Below, piece by piece: positions 1 to 11,550 of a stretch of DNA of 64,000 nt. Within the stretch, counting starts at the first letter, position 1, and each line of letters begins with the position of its first letter. Both the position numbers and the translations under genes were made by a program. A model generated the notes under the pieces. The model worked only from the letters and a program-made list of their open reading frames with translations. It did no database searches and had not been told where the DNA came from. This DNA comes from Felis catus (Eukaryota). The stretch lies in NCBI RefSeq assembly GCF_018350175.1, contig NC_058373.1:100752001-100816000 (forward strand), given 5' to 3'.

Positions 1-272
1 GGGGAAGTAAATTATGGGAAGGTAGATACAGGGGGAAACTAATGGTAGAGAAGGGTTATTCAGTAAGGCTTGTTTATGCAGACTCATCTCAGTGTCATCT
101 CCCATCTCTGGGATAGGGTTATTGTCATATCTCCATCTCTACCTCCTAGGGAGAGAAAGACACCTTCACAAGGGAAATTTATCACCTGTTTTTAGGCAAA
201 TGGGGGAGGGCAGAGAGCTCAACCTGTGCCTGCTATCCCTCAATTACCTTCAGCCTAAAATATCCTTATTCC
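1..272 (-). mobile_element. ERV1-class LTR fragment (carnivore/MER41-like), runs off the window start
   Basis: Motifs AGGCTTGTTTATGCAGA, ACAAGGGAAATTTAT, GGGGAGGGCAGAGAGCT and CTTCAGCCTAAAATATCCTTAT resemble the antisense U3 of ERV1 LTRs (recalled consensus). Confidence 0.6.
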
Positions 273-282
273 TCCTGAATTC

Positions 283-1215
283 GAGAAGATATTTTCAAAC
301 CATATATCTGATAAAGGATTAATACCCACAATATATAAAGAAGGCATACCACTCATCAATAAAATGCCTAAATAATCCAATTAAAAATGGGCAGAAGATC
401 TGAATATATATTTTCCCAAAGAAGACATACAAGTGGCTAACAGGCACATGAAAAGATGCTCATCATCACTAATAATCAGGGAAATGCAAATCAAAACCAC
501 AATGAGATATCACCCTCATACCTGTCAGAATGGCTATTATTAAAAAGACCCAAAAACAGCAAGTTTTGGAGAGAATGTGGAGAAATGAGAACCCTCATAT
601 ACTAGTATATGGTGAGATTGTAAATTGGTTGCAGCCACTGTGGAAAACAGTATGGTGATTCCTCAAAAAATTAAGAATACCAACATGATCCAGCTACTCT
701 ACTTTGGAGTATTTATCTGAAGAATATGAAAATACTACTTTGAAAAGACATATGCACCATTATGTTTACTATAGCATTACTTACAATAGTCAAGATATGG
801 AAGCAACCTAAGTGTTCATGGATAAATGAATGGATAAAGAAGATGTGGTATATTTATACAATGGAACACTACTCAGGCATAAAAAATAATGGGATCTTGA
901 CATTTGTGATAACACAGATGGACCTTAAGGATATTGTGCTAAGTGAAAGACAAATATCAGTGATTTCACTCATATGTGGAACGTAAAAAAAAACAACCCA
1001 ATACAAACATAAAAAAGAACAAAATCAAACAAAATCAAACTCATAGAGAATAGATTAGTGATTACAAGAGGGGAAGGGGGTTGAGTGAAATGGGTAAAGG
1101 GAGTCAATTGTATGTTAATGGATGGTAACTAGACTTGTGTTGGTAATCACTTTGTATTATGTACAGATGTTGAAATTATAAAGCTCTACACCTGAGATGT
1201 ATGTAAGAAAAAAAT
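283..1215 (+). mobile_element. L1 LINE 3' portion (decayed ORF2 C-terminus + 3'UTR)
   Basis: Typical L1 text ATGAAAAGATGCTCATCATCACT..GGAAATGCAAATCAAAACCACAATGAGA; ORF 762-986 (IWKQPKC..WIKKMWYIYTMEHY) is the ORF2 C-terminus. Confidence 0.95.
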
Positions 1216-1234
1216 TAAGGATTCTTGTTCTAGT

Positions 1235-1366
1235 GATATAAAATTTGGAAATACATAGTGGTCATGGTTGTACAACATTGTGAGTGTAATTAATGCCATG
1301 GAATTATACACTTAAAAATAGTTAAAATGGAAAATTTTATCTTCACATATTTTACAATAAAAAAAG
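1235..1366 (+). mobile_element. Old L1 (L1M-type) extreme 3' end
   Basis: ATAGTGGTCATGGTTGTACAACATTGTGAGTGTAATTAATGCCA..TACACTTAAAAATAGTTAAAATGG..AATAAAAAAAA. Confidence 0.8.
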
Positions 1367-1379
1367 GATGCTAAGAAGA

Positions 1380-1680
1380 AAAAGAATAACTCAGAGACAA
1401 TCATTGAAAGCACTGAGGATTTGCTGGTACGTATAAGGTGGAATAGATTCTGTAAAGTCTCTCTCCATGAACAAAGGCAAAGGCAGGGTTTATAAAAACC
1501 TAAACCCTCAACATTTCACAAGAGAAAGGGATCAGTTGATTTAGGCAAGTCTAGTTCAGGATTGGTTAGTGTGCAATGGAACAGGCCGATTACTGCCTAT
1601 TATGTTGTGGTTCCTCCAGGAATTATGTGTTCCCACTAAAGCTCATCCTCTTTATTCAGGCTCTTACCCAGAACTAATTT
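1380..1680 (-). mobile_element. Possible LTR fragment
   Basis: Minus-strand CCAAT (1561-1565) about 70 nt upstream of TATAAA (~1489-1494), with LTR-like composition; family not identified. Confidence 0.35.
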
Positions 1681-2044
1681 TCTTCTATTTTAGACATTCT
1701 TTAGTCACTTGCTAGTCTGTGCTCCATTGTATAAATGATTATTATCACATATTTAACTGTGACTCTATTTGTGCAGTTTTAACCCAACAGACTCTGAACT
1801 ACTCACCACTACACCTTGTCTTTATTCACCTTTGTCGCCAAGGTGCCTTGACCAGATTCTGGCACATACCAAAAACCTAACAAATGTTCCAGTGAATAAT
1901 ATTCTGGCCTGTACAAAAATTGGGGATGAGGGAAGTGGTTCTTTGAAAGTTACAGTACGTTGACTAGTGGAAATTAAGTGGTTCTAGTTCATTCAACCTC
2001 TGTGGATATGTTTCCTCATCTTAAAGGGAAGAGTTTGCACCATA

Positions 2045-2190
2045 TCAATGGTTTGCAACACTAGTTGCCCATTAGACTCACCTGCAGGACTTAATCTGCA
2101 GTGCCCATACCCCAACCCCACACTGATTCGATCAGAATCTCTCGTACTGGTATTTAAAAAACCCTGCCTGTAATTCTATTATACAGACAC
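2045..2190. mobile_element. MER5-like hAT MITE, decayed
   Basis: CATTAGACTCACCTG..CCCAACCCCA..ATCAGAATCTCT..TATTTAAAAA..CCTGTAATTCT resembles MER5B. Confidence 0.55.
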
Positions 2191-2250
2191 ACCGAGATCA
2201 GGACGGGAGGGTGTACTATCACATCTATATGAGAAACATCTGATAATCTT

Positions 2251-2462
2251 TTTTTTAAGGTTTATTTATTTTTGAGAGAGAGACAGAGACAGAGCACAAG
2301 CAGAGGAGGGGCAGAGAGAGAGGGAGACACAGAATCCGAAGCAGGCTCCAGGCTCTGAGCTGTCAGCATGGAGCCCGATGTGGGGCTCAAACTCACAGAC
2401 CATGAGATCATGACCTGATCTGAAGTCAGACGCTAAACCTACTGAGCCACTGAGGTGCCCCC
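2251..2462 (-). mobile_element. CanSINE (SINEC_Fc-type)
   Basis: Full antisense body; TSD TCTGATAATCTT at 2239-2250 and 2472-2483. Confidence 0.95.
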
Positions 2463-3130
2463 CCCATCCCCTCTGATAATCTTAAAGTGAGGGAGAAGAA
2501 AATTAAAAATCTCTAGTCATCTGGAACTATCTTGTGGTAGTAGCAAATATTCATACCCTCTTTGACAGTCCTTGAAAGGACATATTTTCCCTATGCAGTT
2601 CAGGATGAAATTGCTGTCCATAATAGGATTCAGTAAGTAGAGAATTGGTTAGCATATTTTAGTGAGATTTGCACAAAAATGCATACAAAATTTTAAAAGA
2701 TTTGATGCTTAATAGGATGAATTAGTTGTCTGGCAAAGCCACTTATATGGAATACTTCACACTTCATGCATGCTGGGTCACTGAGCCTTACTGTGGTCAC
2801 TTTCACGTTGTTAGTTGCCTGATATGTTATGAGGCTTTGTGATTTCTTGTCAAAGGATGGAGACTAAAATCAAAACACAACAAAAAACAAAAAATCTTCT
2901 TCCTTGCCACTACGACCTCCTCTCTCTGTGGCTCCATTTCTCTGACGCCTTCGCAGAAAAGCATGTCAACTGAGATTTCTCCGGTCCCTATTTTCCACTC
3001 ACTGTTTCACTCACTTTCATCTGGCTTCTTACCCATCACAAGATGCAACCTGCACCTGCAAGATCATTACCAATGAACTCTAAACTAGCAGATCCCTTTT
3101 ATCAGCTCACCTGACCTTGCAGCAACTTTT

Positions 3131-4302
3131 AACTTTCTGTAACAATCCGATGACTAAAATGTTAGAAGGCTTTGGGGCACCACCTCTGACACTGGTTCTG
3201 TGAATTTTTGTTAGAAATAGAAGCTGAATATCCTGACTTGCCCTACTGCACAGTTTAATGGCTTAGCAGTGGTATCGTTTTATTGCAATTTTTCAAATTG
3301 TAGCAAAAATTGTTCTGAACCAGATGGATTATCTTCAAATGCTATTATAGAACACTGAATGGTGCTGGATATTTTCTTGCAGACACAATGTTTCTTAATT
3401 AAGTAAACCTAAAATTACAATACAAAACAGTGCTTATATGTGAAACTCGTATGCAGAAGTCATTTCAATGACAACATTGTTTGGGTCATAAGACATGTGA
3501 AGCTCAAATACACTTTAAAAAAAATTTTTTTTTAAGTTTGAGAGAGACAGAGTCAGCGCAAGTCGGGGAGGGGCAGAGAGGGGTGGAGAGAATCCCCCAA
3601 ATCAGGAAATAGTGAGATCATGACTTGGGCCAAAACCATGAGTCGGACGCTTAACCAACTGAGCCACCCAGGCACCCCTCAAATACGCTTTCTATGCTGC
3701 CTAAGTCAAAACAAAAAGCCAGACCTCCACTCTCATGCCAACTTGCTGCATATGTTTTCTGAACTCAAACTCAAGTGCAAAGGAAATTTTCATGTTGTGA
3801 AATCTCTCTAAACTGTGCAATTGAGGAGCTTCCACCTGACATTCAATTGGACATGATTAATCTGCAATGCAATGACGTGCCAGAAGGCAAGTATCAAGAG
3901 AAGAATCTAATAGAATTCCATAAATGCTTTCCGAGTGATCATTTGCTCAATGAAAATCATGTGCTTGTGGACTGATGTCAGTATTTGTCACATCTACCTT
4001 TGTGAAAGACATTTTCAAAGATGAAACACGTAAAACGCCATTATAGACCAGCATTAACGTGAGTGCTTCAACCCATTTCATAAGAAACACAGAATTTGAA
4101 CCCCAGTGAAGCAAAATGTTAACCTCTCCCAAATAATTCTACTCTTCTCATTGGTAGACCAGTATTACACAATTATTCTCAGTGATATTTTTAATCTCTT
4201 CAATGAAAATTGTGGAACTTTCCCCTCTCTTGTCATACAAGTACTGTATAATATCTTTGATTCTGCCTCTTGGTCCTTTATGGAAAAAGTTGCTGACCCC
4301 TG
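3131..4302 (+). mobile_element. hAT-Charlie DNA transposon relic (Cheshire/MER58-like) with degraded transposase
   Basis: Translates to EFLLEIEAEYPDLPYCTV*WLSSGIVLLQFF (hAT VRWLS motif, ~3202-3300), IEELPPDIQLDMINLQCND (3820-3877) and YLCE..FSKMKHVKRHYR (C-terminal dimerisation region). The right end GAAAAAGTTGCTGACCCCTG matches MER58/Cheshire TIRs. A SINE interrupts it. Confidence 0.85.
3517..3678 (-). mobile_element. CanSINE with internal deletion, nested in the hAT relic
   Basis: TSD CTCAAATAC(A/G)CTTT at ~3503 and ~3678; the central ~50 nt of the body are missing. Confidence 0.9.
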
Positions 4303-5009
4303 ATCTAACCCACCATTATTATCATCATGCACAACTCAAAAGATTCCAGCCTACGAATGGATGATCTGCCTTCTCTCTACTTCTTCGACCATCCATGCCT
4401 TTCTTCCTCAAACACATCAGTCTTCTCTTCCTCAGGAGTTTTATACTTGCTGCATCTTTTGCCTGGGATACCTTTAAAGGTTCAGTCTTGTGGGACTGAG
4501 CTCTTAATCTATGGGGCCTGTGCTAACTCCAGGCAGTTAGTGCCAGAACCGCTGGCTGTGGAAACCCCACGCAATTTAGTGTCAGCAGTGTTGTGAGTGT
4601 GGTAGCAATAGTGTGAGAGGACAGGAAATACAGGGAGTTTTTCCTCGACAAGTTTTAGCACAACCTAGCAATCAAGCATTAAAAGGTGATCATTTTCACA
4701 CTCTTTTTCTGGTTTTGAGATAGTTAGATATTTGTAAGTGTAGTTCTGCCCATTGTTCACCAGCCTGGGGGTGCAAACACCTCACTCTTAGGTTTGTTCT
4801 CCAAAGTAGAGCAAATGACAGTTAATGTTTCCCTCATCGGTAAGGACCCTCGCTAGTCTCCCGTGGGGCCCTCCACCGTGGGTATGAATAAGGGCCCCGG
4901 GCATGCTTACTGGTGTCTTCAGTCCTGGTTGTCCTTTTGGCTGCTGGTGGAGCAGGTTCTTGGACTCGTACGGCGAGACGCAGAGGCTAGAGCTTGTTAC
5001 TTACAGGTG

Positions 5010-5135
5010 AGAACTAGCAGCATTGGTAGCATCAGGGAACTTGCTAGATCTGCAGAGTCTCGTACGTCGTACCCCAGACATAACCAAGAACCTATTTAAC
5101 GAGGTTCCAGGTGAATCTTACGTCACATCCAGGCC
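5010..5135. mobile_element. MER5A-like hAT MITE
   Basis: AGCAGCATT..CATCAGGGAACTTGCTAGATCTGCAGAGTCTC..CCCCAGAC..ATTTAAC..CCAGGTGA. Confidence 0.6.
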
Positions 5136-6344
5136 TGAATGCTGGTTGATCTGGAAGGTGGTTCCAGCTGGTTGTTATTGCTGCCACCATCGCCTCTGAG
5201 GATCCTCCAGAGACTTCTGCCTCGTGTGCGCAGCTGACTCCTGATGGTGAATGCTGCACCACCATCCAGTTCAGAATCTGGGACAGGGCACACCTCTCCC
5301 TAATCTACGTCATTCCACAGGTGGAACGGAGCTCAGTGGAGACCAAAGGGTAGCCTTCAGCAAAACCTATTAATTTGAGGATTATAAAATATCACAGAAC
5401 CTTATACCATTCTCTCGGGCTGCCTCGACCATGGCCTGGGACAGCTCAACACCCAACACAGAACAAACACTAGGCAGCTCCCTGCCCCAGAGTCCTGATC
5501 AAACCAACTCCTGGATGCAGAGAGAGAAGAAAGTTTTTTCCTGACTTCATTCTTAGGACTGCTTGTCAAAGCTCTCATTTCCTGACCCAGTATTGACCCT
5601 TCTCTAGGATGATTGACAGTGGGAACATCCATTCCCTTCAGGGGAAACCCCACCCCCACCCACAGGGGTGTGGTTTGACGTACAATAGTTTGACATAAGC
5701 GCATTCCCTGAAGTCCAGGTTATTTGGTCTTAAATAACACCACATGTGGAATATCAACAGCCCTGGCAACTTTCTTTTCCGTTTCTTCTCATCAAGGTTC
5801 CAAAACGTGGTTGTCTAGGCTCATCTTGGGCTACCTGGCTATCTAAGAATTCACTTGACATGTTTAACGCTTGCTGAGAACAGGTTATACCCTTACTTAA
5901 GGATCCAGGGAGGAAAAGTTGTGCTTAAGGAGAACTGGCTGAGATATATGAATCGTAGTAAGTGTGGTGAAATTTTCTCTGGATTTTTCTAAACAGCAAG
6001 TATTAGAAGGAGGACCTGCTGCTTTTGAATCACATATACCCTGACTCTAAAAGAGATTGGTTATTGCTGATATATCTGAACAGAGCTCCTAGAATGACTT
6101 TGGATTGCTCAATGCTGTCTTGGAAACCCTACTGAACGGCAATTTTTAGCTTTTCTTTTCCATTTTAGAGCTTTTGTATGAGCTTTAAAAATAACCCAGT
6201 TGTGCTGGCTGGAAGGCAGTTTTTCTGCGAAAGATTTTCTAGGGCTTGGAAAGCAGAAAGAACAATGAATAGAAAACACTTGCTGTTTATTGAATTTAAT
6301 AAACGTGCTTCATATTTGTATAGGCTAAAGGGCATTTTCACATT

Positions 6345-6500
6345 CATTGTCTCAGTTTATCCTTGTATCAGCCCTGGCATTATTATGGAACATCCCATTT
6401 TAAGAATTTGGAAAACTGGAGCCCAGAGAGATTAAGTGGCTGCAAAGCAGCAAAACCAGGTCTCAAACTCATCTTTTGGCTCTAAGTTCAATTTTCTATC
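6345..6500 (-). mobile_element. MIR fragment
   Basis: CCCATTTT..GAAAACTGGAGCCCAGAGAGATTAAGTG core. Confidence 0.65.
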
Positions 6501-7887
6501 TCTGGTTAAAAAATGTTTGAGTTCAAGTTAAGGATGGATCAAGAGCAGGTAATGTGCCTGAGCTGTCTTCAGGGTCTATGAAAGCACTATGAAAGTACAG
6601 TAGGTCACTTTTTTGGCCTCCATCTTCATAAAATGCCGAAAGAATTATCTAGACCAGAGCTCCTACCCAAACCTCTTTTCTTTTTCCCACTCGCTCTTCC
6701 TCTTCTTTTTCCCCTCTCTTTTTTCCCTTCTCTCATTTATTCCTCAAATAATGGCTTTCTTTCCACTTCACTCCCACTTGTTCGACTTGATTTTTAAAGG
6801 ACTTTACTAGTAACATCCCAGAATGACTCAGTGTGAAGGAAACTGCAACAGATGGAGAGAAGAAAGCGGAGGAGGGGGTGTGGAAGGAAGGGGGAGCTGA
6901 GGGCGAGGGCAGGTGTGGCGAGCAGCTTAATGCAGACACACGAATTTCTACATCCAGACTGGTATTCCGAGATATTCCCTGCTGCTCTGGAATCTCTGTA
7001 AACACAGGGATTTGTCTGGAATGACTTTGCAGCTCCGCAGGAAGCTTGCTCAGCGCCAGGACTCTCAAACTGTTGAGTGCCGCTCAGAAATCAAGGAAGG
7101 GGGCACTCTCAGCCTGGCATGTGTTCACTGCCCGGGCCTGGCAGCGCCCATTTAAGCTGGGAGGGGGCCGTGGAGGCTGTGCATGCTCCCATTTGATTCA
7201 AGGGCTGAAAGTAACCTCACAAAGACAGCAACGACCTCTTTGTTGCCACTATGGTGAGCCACACCTAAAATATCCCATAAAGCCATGAAAAAACAAAACA
7301 AAACAGCCCCGTTCTTAAAAATTTTTTTCGGGATAGAAACATTCATGATTTTACTCAATACTTTATATTTTCAAAATTCTTTTTAATGAGAAGAATCTGC
7401 ATCTTTCCTGCTGTAATTTAATTCTCTTTCCTCTTTTTCCCTGAGTGGCACATGTTTTCTGAGGGCCACGGGTAGTGTTTCTGTCTCATGCTGGGATTGA
7501 GACCTACGGCTTTTGAGTAAGAGCAGCTATCGAGAGAGCAAGAGAAGGAAAATGTGGATGAGTGGAGTCTCTGGGAAGTGACGTGTAGAGAGTCTTACTT
7601 TAGTCTGCATCCTTGTAAAGAAGGGCACTGGAAACGGATCAGGAGCCCGGGGTCAAACCACCAGAAAGCACGGTTGTGCTGGGGAAACCAACCGGAAGGC
7701 CATACTGGGCTTTCTGCAATCCAACACTGCCCATAACCTCCCTGTGCCAGCACTACTGCCCTGCCCTCCCTCCAGATGGCCGCTCTGTAGATGAACTCTT
7801 AGATACAACTTGGTAATTTATATTATTTCTGTAACACTTATGAACGGTGGCTTTAGAGGATTCAAGTTCTGTATACTACTTACTAGC

Positions 7888-7921
7888 TGTATTAGGGCAT
7901 TTCAGAGAAACAGAACCAGTA

Positions 7922-7974
<53 letters not shown>

Positions 7975-8369
7975 CCTTAAACTGTCAAGAAATTTATGTT
8001 AAGGAATTGACTCATGCACTTGTGAGGCCTGGCAAGTTTGAAATCTGTAGGGCAAGCTGGCAGGTTTGAGATTCAGGTAAGAGGTGATGTTGCAGTCTTA
8101 AGTCAGAAGGCTGGAAACTCAGACAGAATTTCTGTTGTAATCCAGAGGCAGAAGTCTTTCTTCGGGAAACTTCAGCATGTGCTCTTAAGACCTTCAACTG
8201 ATTAGACAAGACCCACCATATCATGGAAGAGTAATCTCTTTTACTTATTATAATCAACTGATTATGTGAATCACATCTAAAAAGGCCTACACGGCAACAT
8301 CTAGGTTAGTGTCTGGCCAAATAACTGTTCACCACAGTCTAGCCAAATTTCCATAAAATCAACCACTAC
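7888..8369 (-). mobile_element. MLT2 (ERVL) solo LTR containing a (TC)n tract, inserted into a MIR
   Basis: TGTATTAGGG..CAGAGAAACAGAACCAGTAGGA..TAAGGAATTGACTCATGC..CTAGCCAAATT..CATAAAATCAACCA; MIR pieces on both sides (7850-7887, 8380-8510). Confidence 0.85.
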
Positions 8370-9164
8370 TCTACTTTTAACTTACTAGGAAGTTACTTAA
8401 CCTCTTTAAACTAAGTTGTTATTTGTTTTCCTTTTGTAAAATGGAGGTAACGAGATCAAGCTTCGCCCAGTGCCTGGACAACGGATCAATGCATGTTGGA
8501 TATATTATTATGACTGTTGCAAGTTTTTAAGTAAATTCATATCATGAGTCTCTTGGGGGTTCTATGTACTGGAAATCAAATAAAACAACCAGTTCTACTT
8601 ATGATTTTTAATGATTTGAAGTCAGTCTCGATATTTACGTTGATATTTAGACATAACTGCTCAGTGTTAAAAAATATATTTATTAGCACATGCAATAGTA
8701 TGATAACAATAAAGGTAAAATCACAAAAGGATGAAAAATCATCTATGATCCTGTTACCTTGGCAGAGCAACTGTTCATTTTTCTTTGATCTCTACCATCA
8801 TTACCCACCCATGCATAAACACATTATTTACAGAGGTATATTTGGGGTGGGTCAAGTTTTTTCATTTTGCTATTTTTCATTTTGCTGATGTTATGCTAGC
8901 AAACCAGTCAAATGAATTGCATACTGGTTAAAAGTTACAGTTATCCTCTCTCATCCTTCCAAGGAGCCAGGGCCACTGGGCAGTGTGGTCTCTTGGGGCG
9001 CTGGCTTGGCAGGAAAGCTGTCTAAATGTTTTGCATCCCACTGTTTTACTACAAAAAGGGCAGTTGAAGGACCAAAGCTCATGAAAAGAATGTAGATGTA
9101 ACGTATTAAACTAGAGAAAAAGTTGATCCAGTTCTGCATTATTATGGAATCTATTTATGTCATT

Positions 9165-9900
9165 CTTTCATTTATTTAAAAAGTGTTGAGTTCCTTCAAC
9201 GTGCTGTGTACCAGATACTGGGATATAGCCAAGCACAAAGCCAATCACAGATCTGCTTCCCCAGAGTTGCAGACTAGAAGATGAGACAGGTGATAAGGAG
9301 CCACAGAAGGGCCACAACAGGGTGGAACATCTAACTGAGGCTTGGCGCTGGGCGTGCGGCGAGGAAGGGGGAGGTGTCCAGGTAGATGTTCTAAACTATG
9401 AAAGATGAATAGGAGTTAGCCAGGTGAAGAGGGGAGAGGGTAGCAGAAAAAAATTGATTTTGCCAGAAAACTGAGTCTGGGTGTTTTTCTATTTATTTAG
9501 GCAAACATGGACCTCAGGTAAAGCCATGAGGGCTGTGTGTGCAAAGGCCCTCTCTCTGCACCCTGTAGTTTGGGGAGCTGAACATAGACTACTCAGGCTG
9601 TAGGCAGAGTATGAGGGTGAAAGGGGTCCACAGTAAGGAATTTGATCAGTGGGGAGACGCTGAGATGTTTTAAGGAGGAGAGAGACATGACATGATCTAT
9701 ATATTTTAGGAAAACCACTTAGGCTACGGCATAGAGAATCAGTGATAAGGGCGAGACTGGTTACATGGAGACAAGTATGTCGTCACTGGAGTAATCCTGG
9801 TAAGAAGCAATAGGTAACAATAGCCCAGACGAGGAAGATGAATGGAATCAAAAGATATTTAGAAGATAGAAGGGCTAGAGTTGGTGTATGAGAGAGAGAG
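9165..9900 (-). mobile_element. L2 LINE fragment
   Basis: TCATTCTTTCATTTATTT 3' repeat, GTGCAAAGGCCCT, GTTTTAAGGAGGAGAGAGACATGA. Confidence 0.65.
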
Positions 9901-9920
9901 CAGTTAAGAATAAAGCCCAG

Positions 9921-10151
9921 GGGTGCCTGGGTGGCTCAGTCGGTTAAGCGTCTGACTTCGTCTCAGGTCATGATCTCACGATCTCACGGTCCGTGAGTTC
10001 GAGCCCCGTGTCGGGCTCTGTGCTGACAGCTCAGAGCCTGGAGCCTGCTTCGGATTCTGTGTCTCCCTCTCTCTCTGACCCTCCCCCGTTCATGCTCTGT
10101 CTCTCTCTGTCTCAAAAGTAAATAAACATTAAAAAAAATTAAAAACAAAAA
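9921..10151 (+). mobile_element. Young CanSINE (SINEC_Fc)
   Basis: A box TGGCTCAGTCGG, B box GAGTTCGAGCC; 15-bp TSD AAGAATAAAGCCCAG at 9906-9920 and 10152-10166; internal 8-bp duplication GATCTCAC. Confidence 0.97.
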
Positions 10152-10649
10152 AAGAATAAAGCCCAGAGCTCTACTATCCCATGACTCCATGTGCTTGACA
10201 ATGAATTTTCTTTATATCAAATTATTTTGTCTTTAAGGTCAATTTTTGTCATGTCATCTAGTCACATATTCTACCATGACATAGAAGGCACCACGCACAG
10301 GAGAAAGAGTACTTGCCTGGAGGCTAGGTACAGGACTACCACAGCCCCCCAGTGTGATCCTGACCATTTTATCTCCTGGCAGGGAGTGTGAACAGCTGCA
10401 ATATAGGAGAACATGATTATAAACTGGGCTGGGGCTTTGAGTTAGAATAAACACATTTACATGGCACTTAGGGTATACTGCTGAGGCTCTTGTAGCTTGA
10501 AGAAACTGGCCCAGGGTTCTCCCTGCCCTAAGTCTTGCCTAATTAAACCAGGGAATGAGGAGAATCCACATTTTGCCATACCTCTAGCAAATTCGGGGCA
10601 TACCAGTATGCTGAAGAACACCTTCCGGGAGGCTCAGGTGGGGTAGTTA

Positions 10650-10880
10650 AACTCGTGAGTCAGATCATCTGAACTAGCATCCTTATTCCACCACAAACTA
10701 GCTGTGTGACTCTGAGAGAATGATTTCATTATTGCAAGCCACAGTTTCCTCATCTGTAAAATGGGAATAATAAGAGTACCGTCCAACAGGGTTGGTGTGA
10801 AGATTAACTAATAGAATGTACATAAATACTTTATTAGGGTTCTTGAATGCAGAGTAAATGCTCCATATATATTAGCCGTT
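10650..10880 (+). mobile_element. MIR
   Basis: CTAGCTGTGTGAC..CAGTTTCCTCATCTGTAAAATGGGAATAATAA core. Confidence 0.85.
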
Positions 10881-10883
10881 ATT

Positions 10884-11117
10884 TTTTTTTAATTTTTTAA
10901 CGTTTTTATTTATTTTTGAGACAGAGAGAGACAGAGCATGAATGGAGGAGGGGCAGAGAGAGAGGGAGACACAGAATCGGAAACAGGCTCCAGGCTCCGA
11001 GCCATCAGCCCAGAGCCATCAGCCCAGAGCCCGACGCGGGGCTCGAACTCACAGACCGCGAGATCCTGACCTGAGTCGAAGTCGGACGTTTAACCAACTG
11101 AGCCACCCAGGCGCCCC
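10884..11117 (-). mobile_element. Young CanSINE (SINEC_Fc)
   Basis: CpG-rich near-consensus body; short TSD CGTTATT; internal 14-bp tandem duplication. Confidence 0.97.
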
Positions 11118-11124
11118 GCGTTAT

Positions 11125-11550
11125 TGTTTTTATATAATCTTTCCCTTACAGCATACAATTCAATGATTTTTAAAGTAAATTTACAGAGTTGGGCCAATCT
11201 GCATTTGGAACATTTTCACCACCTCAAAAGATGTGCTCATTTGTAGCTGTACCCTGTTTCCACTCAACCCCAGGCAACCATGGATCTACTTTGTTTCTAC
11301 ACACTTACCTTTTCTGAACATTTTATATGAATTTTCATAATATTCAATCTGGTGTGTCTGGCTTCTTTCGCTGAGTATGTTCTGAAGGTTCTTCCATGTT
11401 GTAGCACAGATCAGTACTTTGTCCACTGTGTGGGAAGACCATGTGTTGTCTACCCACTCACCAGTTGGTGGACATCAGACTGACTGCACTTTTTGGCCAT
11501 TAGGAACGACGCAGCCATGTACATCCACATATAAGTCTTTGTGTGGCCAT
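11125..11550 (-). mobile_element. Old L1 3' fragment
   Basis: CCCCAGGCAACCA..GGATCTACTTT..TGTCTGGCTTCTTTCGCTGAG..CATGTTGTAGCA. Confidence 0.8.

Noticed and set aside
7765..7786. CTCF-like CCTCCAGATGGCCGC
   Set aside because: Mismatches at informative positions; cannot be distinguished from chance without a PWM or ChIP data
9921..10010. tRNA gene suggested by A and B boxes
   Set aside because: It is the tRNA-derived head of a CanSINE, followed by (CT)n, a poly-A tail and a TSD
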